From: Eledone cirrhosa
Taxonomy: Eukaryota
NCBI GenBank assembly: GCA_964016885.1
Contig: OZ024762.1
Location: 6,324,001-6,388,000, forward strand
Reading direction: 5' to 3'
DNA length: 64,000 bases
The notes beneath the pieces are model-generated. The model had not been told where the DNA came from. It saw only the letters and a program-made list of their open reading frames with translations, and did no database searches. Both the position numbers and the translations under genes were made by a program. Positions 1-11,900 of the stretch are shown here, piece after piece (position 1 is the stretch's first letter; each line of letters begins with the position of its first letter).

Positions 1-100
1 TGAGGACCTAAGCTATATGCAATTAAGGGCCTTTCACTAAATAAATGTGGGTAAAAGATGTTTAAATAATTATACTAATGATAATGATAATGAATTATAT

Positions 101-485
101 ATCATCATCATCATCATCATCAACGTTTAACGTCCGTGTTCCACGCTTGCATGGGTTTGGACGGGGGTATTCCCACTTGAGGCAAGAGTGATTGTCTTGC
201 TCGCATAGGACTGTCTGGCAGGTTTTCTACAGTTGGATGCCCTTCCTAACACCAACCACATTTACAGTGTGGGTCTGGGAGGTTTTTACCGTGTTGCCTA
301 CACGGCCACATTACAGCGTGGACTGTGTGTTTTTTTGTCGTGACACCTACACGATCTCATTTGTTTCGGCCTGGATGGCGCTGCACCAACATAACTTTAC
401 ATAGAACGGTGTGGTGTGGATGGGGTGGGGGTGGGGGTGGGACGGGGTGTATTTTGTTAGAGATGCCTACTGGCTGTAGCAGGTT
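101..485 (-). mobile_element. RTE LINE 3' UTR/tail fragment ending in (GAT)n
   Basis: Same sequence forms the 3' end of the RTE copies at 15497-16703 and 34200-34790. Confidence 0.75.
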
Positions 486-517
486 TTACTATGTATTTAG
501 GTATTTATATATATATA

Positions 518-714
518 TAGGAAAATGTATGACCCCGACGGCAGAGCTCAAGCGGGTTCGACGCCTCTTTCTGGTCTCCAGAAATAGCCGTCGAAATGGC
601 TTGAGCTGTGACGTCGGGGTCATACATTTTCCTATTACCCACTCTACTACCCTAAGTATTGAGTGCTCTGGTGCGTTATGGTCCATCTGGTTCCTTACCA
701 CAACTCCTTCGTTA
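518..714. mobile_element. Palindromic short element (about 57-65 bp inverted arms plus 80 bp tail) in (TA)n, copy 1 of 3
   Basis: taggaaaa.gtatgaccccgacggc...gtcggggtcatac.ttttccta; other copies at 6309 and 48784. Confidence 0.8.
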
Positions 715-927
715 TATATATATATATATATATAATATTTATATAATATTTATATACATATATATATAACCGCCGAAACATCTTGATCTCAGGTTTTACA
801 GCTGATGAAGGATTTCTTTTCTTCTCTTGTTTCGTCCATACTACCATCTTAAACTTTATTCGTTAACATTAATATAATTATTTAAACATTTTTTACCCAA
901 ATTCTTTTAGTGAGGGGCCTCAAATTT

Positions 928-969
<42 letters not shown>

Positions 970-974
<5 letters not shown>

Positions 975-1356
975 GTCTGAGACTTGGACACTGACCAAGA
1001 AACTCACTCAGATGGTGGATGGGTGCTACACGAGAATGCTGAGGATGGCTCTGAACATTAATCAGTATACACTGAGGATGAAAAACTCAGAGCTGTATGG
1101 GAGCATCCCAAAAGTCAGCTCAAAAGTGACACAGAGGAGACTGAGGTTGGCTGGACATGCTCACCGACATTGCACTCAGTGCTCCTTTGGGAGCCCCTAC
1201 ATGGACACACTAGAAGAGGAAGACCAAGGTTAACATATGTTGATGCCCTAAGGACAGACACTGGTCTGTTGGAGATGCAGGATATGGCAGCGATAATGAG
1301 GGACAGAGACCGCTGGAGAGAACTCGTCCATGGATCTCGGGAATTTTACCCGCCTT

Positions 1357-1358
<2 letters not shown>
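970..1358 (+). mobile_element. 5'-truncated RTE-clade LINE C-terminal fragment
   Basis: YGSETWTLTKK...RRLRLAGH...RRGRPRLTYVD, ends TAG(TA)n. Confidence 0.85.
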
Positions 1359-1397
<39 letters not shown>

Positions 1398-1525
1398 AAA
1401 GGGATATTTAATTTGTTGGTAATTCAACAAATATATTTATAACAGATTCGAAGCACTCGACAAGTTTTCTGGAGTATAATATCAATGATATTAATAAATA
1501 GAAACTATATTTATAAAACCATATT

Positions 1526-1586
1526 TATTCTATTATATATATTTCAAGGGTACCAAAACTTTGGTACGCCCTCATCAGATAAAATA
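1526..1586 (-). ncRNA. Minimal type I hammerhead ribozyme motif (Penelope-like)
   Basis: Minus strand: tattttat CTGATGA gggcgtaccaa agtt ttggtaccctt GAAA tatata TA atagaata; 8 bp stem I, 11 bp stem II with one mismatch, palindromic stem III. Confidence 0.7.
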
Positions 1587-1664
1587 CAAAGTTTGTTTTA
1601 TAAATATTGACATATCCAGGAATGAGACCTTAACTATCCAGGTGAAACTTGAACCGTTGTCTCT

Positions 1665-2042
1665 TGGACACTGACCAAGAGACACACTCAGATGGTGGAT
1701 GGGTGCTATATGAGAATGCTGAGGATGGCTCTGAACATTAATCAGTATACACAGAGGATGAAGAACTCAGAACTGTACAGGAGCCTCCCAAAAGTCAGCT
1801 TGAAAGTAACACAGAAGAGACTGGTTAGCTGGATATGCTCACCGACATTTAGAGTTGACACTACACTCAGTGCTCCTGTGGGAGCCCCTACTGGACACAC
1901 TAGAAGAGGGAGGCTGAGAATGACATATATTGATGGCCTAAGGACAGACACTGGTCTTTGGGAGACACAGGACATGGTGGCGATGATGAAGGACCACTGG
2001 AGAGAACTCGTACATGCATCTCGGGAATTTTACCTGCCCTAG
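1665..2042 (+). mobile_element. Second truncated copy of the same RTE fragment
   Basis: MVDGCYMRMLRMALNINQY...REFYLP, similar to 970-1358. Confidence 0.85.
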
Positions 2043-2055
2043 ATATATATATATA

Positions 2056-2418
2056 TCATCATCATCATCATCATTTTACGTCCGCTTTTCCCTGCTTGCA
2101 AGGGTGGGACGGGTCTTATTCAGCACAGCATCTCTCCACTCGTCACGGTCCTTCGTCATCTCCACCGTGAGCTTCAATGATCTGAGGTCTGTTCTCACCA
2201 CCTCCGCCCATGTTTTTCGTGGTCTACCTCTACCACGTCTTCCTTCAACTGGCATTTCCTGGCACTTCTTCACCCATCGGTCATCCTCCATGCGCATCAC
2301 ATGTCCATACCACTTCAGTCTCCTCTCCCGTACACTACATTCTATCCCTATCAGACACAGTTTCTCTCTCAACACATTTATGTTGGGTCGTTCACGCACA
2401 TTTACTCTGCACATCCAA
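2056..2418 (-). mobile_element. RTE LINE 3' fragment with (GAT)n tail
   Basis: RERRLKWYGHVMRM...GRRGRGRPRKTW. Confidence 0.85.
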
Positions 2419-2499
2419 TATATATATAATAATGATAATAACAACAACATGGTAAGAGTTGTACAAAATTGAAGATTGCTAAGATAAAACACAGCATAG

Positions 2500-3355
2500 G
2501 CATTTGAAGATGGATGAAACTGAAAATAGGTGGACAGAAAAAAGAATGTATGGACAATTCTATAGAGATGTTGAAGATGGGATAGACGATGGCAATCCAG
2601 CCGTAGAAAACCTGCCAGACAGTCCTATACAAGCGAGACGACCAATCTTGCCTCAAGTGGGACAATTCCCGTCTAAACCCATGCTAGCGTGGAAGATAGA
2701 CGTTAAATGATGATGATAGAAAAAAGGTAGTTATAGAGTGATTTAAAACTGGAAACAGGAGCCTTAAATTTTACTGCTCAAAAGCAAGCTCTTAGAACAA
2801 ATTACATCAAACACAGAATAGAGCACACAGCAGAAGCTGTATGGCATTTTAGCAGTGAAAGTATAGCATTAGTTCAGAAAGAATATGACAATGCCATTGG
2901 ACACTTTGCAGCAAGAAAGGACTTGACAGAGCAGAAAAGTGGTATGATCATAAACCTGAGAATGTTATCGGAAATGATAATGCAAAGATCCTGTGGGACT
3001 TTGTGATACAGTGTGACTATGAGATGGAGCATAGGAAACCAGATATTGTGATAATTGAGAAAGAAACCAGACAGTGTTAGATCATAGATATAGCCTGTCC
3101 AGCTGGTAATAAGGTATGCAATAAAGTAGGAAAAGAAGTCAATAAATACAACGGGCGAGCTTGGGAGGTTAAGCCGTTGTGGTCACTGAAAAAAGTAATA
3201 GTAATAGCAATAATAATTGAAGCCTTAGGAACAGTAAATAAAAATCTTGAGCAGAACATGCACAGAGATAAGGGTGGCAATACAGGTGGAACACTTGCAG
3301 GAAACAGCACTGCTTAGAACAGCTTGAAAACTGAGGAGGGTGCTTGTTAAATAAT
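2500..3355 (+). mobile_element. Decayed R4/Dong-like non-LTR retrotransposon C-terminus with restriction-like endonuclease, interrupted by a tail fragment at about 2595-2715
   Basis: KRMYGQFYR, QALRTNYIK, KWYDHKPENV...KILWDFVIQCD...HRKPDIVII...IIDIACP across stops and frameshifts. Confidence 0.75.
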
Positions 3356-3429
3356 GGCTGTTACTTCAGTTCACTGGTAGTGAACAGCTGACAACATATC
3401 TAGCATTAGAAGGTGAGCAAAGAGGACAA

Positions 3430-3620
3430 TAATTGTTTCTACTTTTGGCACAAGGCCAGCAATCACTCTAATGCATTACTGGTGCTTTATTTTATCAACC
3501 CTGTAAGGAAGAAAGGCAAAGTTAACCTCAGCAGGATTTGAACTCAGAACGCAAAGGGCCATAACTCTATGCTGCAAAGCATGTTGTCTGGTGTTCTACC
3601 AATACTGCCAATCCACATTG
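3430..3620 (-). mobile_element. tRNA-derived SINE of the commonest family; further copies near 9895-10085, 21325-21482, 22050-22340, 26940-27120, 33645-33775, 46610-46825, 52090-52210, 58670-58815, 60790-60968
   Basis: Shared GAGTTCAAATCC B box, gttaactttgcctttcatcc body and ccttgtgccaaaagtagaaacaatta tail. Confidence 0.8.
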
Positions 3621-4204
3621 ATACCATTTTATTAGTTTTATGTAGAAAACATTTATAGATTGGAGATGATTAAGCATTTGAATAAATTATTTTGATGTTG
3701 CTGATGATCCATACATAAGATTAATATATGTAGGGATATTTTTCATTTCCTTTATTCTATTATATTTCAGCATGGTTACTTGTATCTGGATTTAATTCTA
3801 TGTACTGTTATCTTACTAAAATGATAAAAGAAAATAAGAGAGCGTTAAAGTTTGCTTGAAGCATTGTGGAATAGTAAAAATAGTCATTTTTGGAAGCCTC
3901 TACAATGCAGATTCATAAATTTTCAATTAACAAAATCAGGTGGCAGTAGGAAGAATGCGGGTGGGGTTGCCCCTTATCTCCATTCTTCCTACCACCACCT
4001 GATTTTGTTATTTGGAGATTTTTAAAAGAAAATGTTTAATCATCCCTATCTATAGATATTTTCTGTTTTGTCAAACATACATAAAGCAAATAAAATGATA
4101 TAAATTCTCATCAAAACCCTTGGTTGTCTTATTATTTATTATTCATGCTCTGTGATTTTACATTTGTACACTTTTGGGATTTTTTTACCCAATAGATGGA
4201 GATG

Positions 4205-4425
4205 CAGAGTGTGTTAGATTGATAATCATAATGTCATGGGATCGATTCCTGGACTGGGTTATTTGTTGTGTTCTTGAGCAAAACACTTCATTCATGTTGC
4301 TCCAGTATACTCAGCTGAAAATAAGTATCAGTAATAGCTGAGAGTTTAACTCTGCGATGGACTTGCGCCCTGTCCAGGGATTAAGCACTGGCTTGATAAG
4401 CTTTTGGGCTTGAAACAGACTTTAG
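4205..4425 (+). mobile_element. Second SINE family with gttcttgagcaa.acacttca core; relatives near 11940-12140, 32140-32310, 51395-51635, 56960-57215 (minus), 58260-58535
   Basis: tRNA-like head (gatcgattcc), central core and cagacttta tail. Confidence 0.65.
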
Positions 4426-6308
4426 AAAGCCAATATGGTTTTTGCATATGAAACATCAACTGGCGATGCTTATTTGCATATAGTGCGAACTTGACTACAC
4501 AAAAATTCTATAGGCTTTAGCCCCTTTTTGTCCCACTAGCAAGTGAGTAAATGTCACTGATAATGGATATAAATACAGAAATAACTATCATGCATTCTCA
4601 CAACTATTGAGATAGTTGTGACATGATCACAGCTTTAAAAAAAATTCATAGCCAGACTCTTATATGTTGTATGTTTATTATAAATAAAACATATCGTATA
4701 TGCTTTCATACTCACCCTTATGATTAAATTTAATTATACGAATTTGTATAAAACTGTAATCTTTTAAGATTGAGAAGTTAGCTTCTAATTAGCACCAGTC
4801 CAGTATTGGAATCGATTTCCCTTTATATCTCTTTCTCACTTTCTCTCTCTCTATCCTTTTCAAGAAGAAATCTGCTGTGTTCAGACTTGGAGAGGGATGG
4901 TTGATCTCGCTTGGGGATCCAGCTAGATCAACTGGAAACAGTTGGTTTTGACAGAATCCGCTGGAAAGAATGATTGAGGACTTTGTCCCGACGAACTTCC
5001 TTAGAATAAAAGCAGCAGAGGAAATCAGGAGCCGATTCTTCATATTTTTTTTAATATAGTCCAGGGGAGAGAAATCTCTTGACATTACTATTTACAATAG
5101 AATCACTCTGTCTGAAAAAAAACAGCGAAATCTCCCTCAAGCCTTTGTCAAACCTATGTCTGTCCGATCACTGTTGATCTAGAGCTAAACAACAACAAAT
5201 CACCCTATATGAAGCATTAAAATTGTCTATTTATGTTGCACAAATTTATTCCATTTTCTTAACTTTATTATTATAGAATCGTTAGAACATCGGATAGAAG
5301 GTTCTCTCTCGTTCCAGTCTTCTGCATTCTGATTTCAAATCCCGCTGAAGTCAACTTTGCTTTCGAGATTGAGTTGGATTCTTATTTTTCTATATCTCTT
5401 TCTCACATCATCATCATCATCATCATCACCCCCCCCCCCTCTCTCTCTTCTGGAAGAAATCAGTTATGTTTAGACACGAAGAAAGGCTGGGATGGGCTCT
5501 GCTAGATTTACAAAGTTCTCAACCTGGAGAGAGGATGGGCTTCGCTAGGTCCCCTCCCCCCGCCCCGTCAAGACAAGCTGTGTGTTACAATGGCACTTCT
5601 ACGACTCCATCGGGAGTTTACAGGTTCTTTTCGAATCCATTCTATTGCAAGAATTTGGACCAGACTGGGAGGCTCCCAAAAAGCTCACGGGGAAGCTCTA
5701 ACTTCAACAATAAAATAACGACAGCAAGCTCTTCTACAAATCTGAGTGCATCAGTCAGAAACAAATTAGGCAGAATATTGTTAAGCTTTCGGTGAGTTCT
5801 GTGCGGGATGTGATTTCGCTAATTATAGATAAGTGTCAAACAACTTCTTCACGGACTTTATATAGAATACTTTACGTAAGACTTTTATTGAGAGTATAAG
5901 TGTCAATATAAGAAATTCGTTTATAATAAATTTCTTTCACACACACATACTCGCACAAGAGCCCCTCTCTCTCCTCAGCATGACCGTCTTTAAATAGCCC
6001 CAGAACTCTGGTATTTTAGGGGAGAGCAGATTTGAATTATATGTATCAAATTTGAACAAAATCGGATGGAAACTGTGGAAATGCATCGACTACATACAGA
6101 GAGACGTTTTCGTTTATATATATATAAATTCATATATATATATGTGTGTGTGTGTGTGTGTAGTAATAATAATAAATGTGAAGACTAAAATCCAAAGAGG
6201 GCTTGATAAGGATAAATATATATCAAATATATAAGAACCCTAGAGCAAATATTTATTATTCTGTTATTTATTATATCTGTTATATATTATATCTGTTATA
6301 TATATATA

Positions 6309-6516
6309 TAGGAAAAAGTATGACCCCGACGGCAGAGCTCAAGCCGTTTCGACGGCTATTTCTGGACTAAAAGGTTTTTAGTCCAGAAATAGCCGTCGAA
6401 ACGGCTTGAGTTCAGCCGTCGGGGTCATACTTTTTCCTATTTCCCACTCTACTACCCTAAGTATTGAGAACTCTGGTGCGTTATGGTCCATCTGGTTCCT
6501 TACCACAATTCATTTG

Positions 6517-6519
<3 letters not shown>
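6309..6519. mobile_element. Palindromic short element, copy 2 of 3 (longest arms)
   Basis: Near-perfect hairpin 6309-6439 plus the shared tail, flanked by (TA)n. Confidence 0.8.
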
Positions 6520-6563
<44 letters not shown>

Positions 6564-6569
6564 AATTCA

Positions 6570-7070
6570 TTTATTCATTTTGATTTTAAAAATTAACAAA
6601 AAGAGATATAATAATACAATGCTTACAGAACGTAAACACAAACAAATATAATATAGAGGAAAGGGAGAGGGGAAAACAGGAAGAAAAAAAAGAAAGGAAA
6701 AAAAAAAAAAGAAAAAAAACACAGAAGTGGTTAGCTCACAGATCTAGGACACAAAAGGCGGGCGAAAAGGATGGACAACCGAGCCGCTACCAGAGCGAAA
6801 GATAACAATATAGCGAGGAACACTGGGAAACCTCTCTAATAATGTTTGAGGCAGGCCAGCACGTTCGCGGCGTTACCTCTGGGGATGGCGAGGCTGATGC
6901 GCTGGAACAACCGGGCGCCCTCACGAGCATCACCAGTTACCTCAGTTAGGCGACCCGCCTGTGAAGATAGGAATCTCGCAGTCAGTGGAGGTCTGCGGAG
7001 TCGAGGAGTTTGCCACATCGACACCGCAGACCCGTAGGGGAGAGACGGAGAGGCACTCGGATTCCCTCCT
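6570..7070 (-). mobile_element. 5'-truncated non-LTR element C-terminus, CRE-like
   Basis: GC-rich ORF end LFQRISLAIPRGNAANVL resembling the QRxSxAxQRGNA C-terminal motif; 3' UTR with AATAAA (6575-6570) running into (TA)n. Confidence 0.5.
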
Positions 7071-7073
7071 ACC

Positions 7074-7151
7074 CGGGTTAGAATTAGGGTTACGGTTTGG
7101 GTCAAGGTTAGGGTTAGGGTTGATGTTTTAAGGTTGGGGTTGGTGTTAGGG
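7074..7151 (+). repeat. Degenerate TTAGGG telomere-like tract
   Basis: Perfect TTAGGG at 7084, 7108, 7114, 7146 with variant hexamers between. Confidence 0.6.
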
Positions 7152-8040
7152 CGTCCCAACCTCCCCCTCCCCATTTTCCGAGAAAAAAGTCCTTTGCAGC
7201 ATGTTCAGAGGTAAGATTAGTTGGTCGCATACGATTGGGAGAAAAAGGGGGGTAAATGGTAAAAGTTGGGGATTGAAAAGTCCGAATATCCAGGGAAAAG
7301 AAATCCTTTGCAGCATGTTAGGAGTTAAGTTTCATTGGAAACACGCACGTAATAAAAACATAACAAAAACAAAAAAAAAAAACAGGAAAAACAATTATTT
7401 CCCTCTGCTTTCGGTCTTTTTCTCTAAATTTACCATAATTTTTTTAGAAAAGCCATTACAGTGACAACATTGCTGCGGGTGATAGAAAGCGAGGTTTAAA
7501 ACGCTGGAATAACCAAGCACCCTCGTTGTAACTTGTTTAGCTTATAGCTAAATCCGACTCCGATCGAAATATTCAATTACATCTTTGTTCCGAGTCCAAA
7601 AACCCACTCGGATCCAGGGCTGCGCCTTAAATAGTTTCATTATTGTTATCATGTAATCGACATGTTGACATAATTGTTCGAGCGTCTCACAAAATGCCAT
7701 GCGGTATTTGTTACGCTTCTTTCTGCTGTGAATTGAAATAACGCCGATATCAACTTTGCCTTTCATCTTTCCGGAGATGGGGATCAATAAAATAAATTAG
7801 TATTAGTCAAGTACTGGAGTTGGTTTTATCAACTTTCATCCTTTTTTCACACACACATACAAAATTGCTGGCCCTGTGCCTAGACTAGAAGCCGTTATTA
7901 TTGCTATCAACAGTCCTATTCATTGGAAACAGATAGATAGATTGATCAATAGATATGTTTCTTTATTTATTATATATAGATAGAAGATAGATAGACATAG
8001 ATAAAGCACCGATTATGTTCAGTTTCCAACCCGGTTTTGC

Positions 8041-8060
8041 CCGGAAGCGGAAACGGAAGT
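8041..8060 (+). promoter_or_regulatory. Tandem ETS/GABP-type motifs, probable RPTOR core promoter
   Basis: CCGGAAGCGGAAACGGAAGT (three CGGAA cores) in CpG-poor DNA about 700 nt upstream of the ATG; the TSS itself is not observable. Confidence 0.6.
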
Positions 8061-8773
8061 GTAGGTCATGTGTCTATTAAATAGCTGCATTACATCTGTA
8101 ATATATCTTTTCAGCAATAAGAAGAACGTGTGAATTAGGTAGAGTTGGCAATGTGAAATTCTTTCTTCATTTACACTTGTAAATATTTAAAGGAACCGAT
8201 AATAATTCCATAATGTAATCTTATTGTTATCGTCACTGTTAGTTTCAGACGGCATATCAATGTAAGAAGCACAGGAATAATTATTGTGGGAGAAATTAGC
8301 AGCAAAAAAAAAAAAAATAATAATAATAATAATAATTAGTGAACATAATTATGAAACTATATTAAACGGGTAAATGATATAAAGGGTAAAACAACTACAA
8401 GGAAATACAAGAGACTAATATTACTACAACTACCATCATTATCATCACTTAAAACAACATCCGCAGTTATGATGAAAAATAATATAAAAACATAAATTCC
8501 TCCATGAAGATGGAGAGTAAAGATGAGATGGGAAACTGTTCTGTAGTTGGGTTAGCTGAAGTTGAAGCTGGAAGAAGAAGTCCTAGTTTAGTATCATCAT
8601 CATCATCTTCACTGTTATTGTTATCGTCACTACTGTTATGAATGGCCAATGTGGAAAGAGTCATCAACTAAGGAAAGACACCAAGCGAAGATATTTACAA
8701 CCAACACACAAACAAACCGATAAAACAATCAAATAAGCCAAACCCTGAATAGTTCCGCTGTGGTGAACCAAAT

Positions 8774-8968
8774 ATGACCACCACTACCAACAACAGCAAT
8801 ACAGTAAACGATGATAGTAGAAGTTGTAGCAGTAAGGTGTATGAGGACGAAAAAGAAGAAACTCCGGACTCCGATCGTAGACTGCCACTTGCTTTTAATT
8901 TAAGTCGCCATACGGAGAGAATTTTAGCTCCAGAAGTGTTAACACAGACATGGAGGATGAAAGAAAGG
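8774..8968 (+). CDS. RPTOR: RPTOR coding exon 1
   Basis: MTTTTNN...[10 protein letters not shown]...TQTWRMKER, donor GTTGGT; in-frame TAG at 8750 upstream supports this ATG. Confidence 0.85.
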
Positions 8969-11900
8969 GTTGGTGCCTTGTTTTATATATTTCAACTAAT
9001 CTATTCTTTTCCACGTACTATCTATATATGCATATCGATCTATCTGGAAGTCAATTCGACTGCCTGTCCATCCGTCTTTGTCTACATCTATCTTATATAA
9101 GTATTGACACTTTGGTGGGGTTTACATCATATATCTTTACATGTCCCCTTTATTTATTATCCTATGCATGTTTAACATTACGAATATCGATTATTGCGAC
9201 CGTGTAAACTGACCCACATCCAGACTATTATTTTCTATATCCGAAATACAACTCGATTCATATTTTTTTTTTCATGTTTCTCACTTTTATTTACGTTCTT
9301 GTTGGTGATAGTGTCAGTTACCGTATTTGGTGACATGTAACCCCCACCACCGACCAACCACCACCCTCCAACAAAAAACATTACCTAACAAGATAGCTTA
9401 GCTTCGTATATAAGTCCTGGGTAGTATTTTTTTTAGCCATTTTTTTTTATATGCCATGAAATGCGACATCTTATTGGGTTGTGTTACTACTTATAGGATG
9501 GTAGATGAATACATATAGGTGAATATAGATAGAGATGGGAGAAATAGGGCTCTTCAGCGCAGACGAAGTGATTGATAGATATATAGATGGCTAGACCGAC
9601 AACAGACACACACACACACATATATATATTATAGTTCAAGAATAACAACACAAACACACAGATACAATAACACATAATTATATATATATATATATATGAA
9701 ACAAACAGTTCTAGTCCTGTAGAAGTAATTTCTAAATAAAGATGCCTATACTCAACTAACGTATTGAGTACCCTTTTTTAACTGTGGTCACCTCCCGATA
9801 CCCATTGGGAATCCACCCATTTATGTATGTATATATATATATATATATATTGCAGCATCTAGACATAACTAAACTGACACATTTCAGACAATATAATTGT
9901 TTCACTTTTGGCACAAGGCCAGCAAATACGCAGTGTATTACTGGTACTTTATTTTATCGACCCCGTAAGGATGAAAGGCAAAGTTTAACCTCGGCGGGAT
10001 TTGAACTCAGAATGGAAAAGGCCGTAACTCCATGCGTCAAAGCATGGCGTCCGACCCTCTACCGATACTGCCAATCCACCGCCTATTTCAGACATTATAA
10101 TAGAATAAAGGTTGTGCCAATTCCATTAATCTTTCACACCTGCTAAAACTACAACACACTGATACACACAAAAATAAAAGAAAACGGCTTATAATCGTTG
10201 TGTGTGTTGTTGTTGTTGTTACAGTTCGTTGCTTGATTTGTTTTTCCATTGAGTATGTATGTCATTGTATTAATAAGCGGATTATAAATATTAGATCCAC
10301 TGAATGTGTGTATGTTAATGTAACTCTCCGCATCTCAACCATCGTAGCGTGAGCTGTCTCTACGCGATCGATCCGACTTACCAGAAAGGGCAACAAAACC
10401 TCCCTCAAATCACCCCCACCCCATCCATCCCACCCATCATAAAAACTCCCGAAAAAACCAAGGACACATTAGGTCAAGGTCCTTCATAATCAGTCGCTTT
10501 TAGATTGTCTTGTCCCACTACGCAGTATCCATAACCCCGGGTTGATCAATGCTTTGTGAGCGGAGTTTGGTAAACGGAAACTGCAGAAGCCCGTCATATA
10601 TATGAGACAGGCATTTTGGCCCAGTTGTTAAACGTAAAAAGCTGGGAAACAGGATTTTGACAGTCTAGTCACTGGTCATCGTTTATAGTTGGAGTATTAG
10701 TACCGGAAATATTGTTAGAAGTTACTCTTATATAATGGGCTTTGGTTAAATTCAGCAAAAGAAACGAATTAAGGTGTTTATGTGCTGTGTTTATAACTCT
10801 ATGGGCTTTATCATTTCTAAAGAATTATTATCACATTAAGAGATTACTAGTTCTTATAACCTTGAAAAAGGCATAAGCATCATATATTCTATCCTCCCTT
10901 ATAATATGGGTTGTTATGCCTGGAAAATGTAGCAGCCAGCATCCTCAGTCTTTCCTTTTGAATTGGAATATTTTAATCCTCTAGTCTTACCCCATATTTC
11001 TAATGAACTACATTACGTTTTCCAATTAATCATCATTATTGTTTCTCTACACCTGCATGAGTTGGACGGGTCCTTTTCAATACATCTCTCCACTCATTGC
11101 ATTCCTTCTTCACTCCTTTGTGAGTCTCAGCAGTTTGAGATCAGCTCTCACCACCTCCGCCCATGTCTACCTCTACAGCGGCTTCCTTCTACTGGGATTT
11201 CCTGGCACTTCTTCACCCAGTGATCATCATCCATGCACATCACATGTCCATATCAATGTAGCCTTCTCTCTTGCACACCATTTTGGTTTCCACTTAAACC
11301 CAGTTTCTCCCTCAGTCCATCTTCCTTTCTATCACATTTTATATTGCACACCCAACAGAGCATGGTTGCTTCATTTCTCTCCAGCCCATGCATGTCCTCT
11401 GCAGTCACAGCCCATGTTTCACTATCATGCACTATCACACTTTGCACACAGGCATCATACAGGTGTCCTTTTGTTGTCAACAGTGGGAGTAGCGCTCTAA
11501 ACGTCTTCCATTCTATCTTTATTCTAGCTATTATGCTCTTGGAGCACCCTCTTTTGTGGATCCTTCTTGTGATTTGAAAAAGTTTATATCTCTGATGCTC
11601 TTCCCATTGCTTGCTCCTGTGCATCTAGTACATATGAAAACTTCCTTTGCTGTTAGTCTGCTTGCTATCCCACTACACCTCCTCTGTGCCCAGGATTTGT
11701 TTTGTGTTGAGTTTCTGCCTACTCCTTTTCTGCATATCAAGCAGGGCCCATTTTTCAGATGGGATCAGGGTCCTGTCTTTTTTCCTGCTTACTTTGTTTG
11801 TAACTATGCTACCTGGTCCAAGAATTGAACTCACAACTTTCTGTGTTCAATAATATTCAGCCTTCACAACCATTTCATTACCATATTTTAAAAGAAATAT

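Noticed and set aside
770-840. ccGAAAc followed by CTGATGA
   Set aside because: Could not build stems for any hammerhead permutation; probably a degraded repeat (868-935 has an inverted relative at about 15-80)
5466-5795. 109 aa ORF and a possible divergent gene upstream of RPTOR
   Set aside because: No recognisable protein in any frame I read and no splice support
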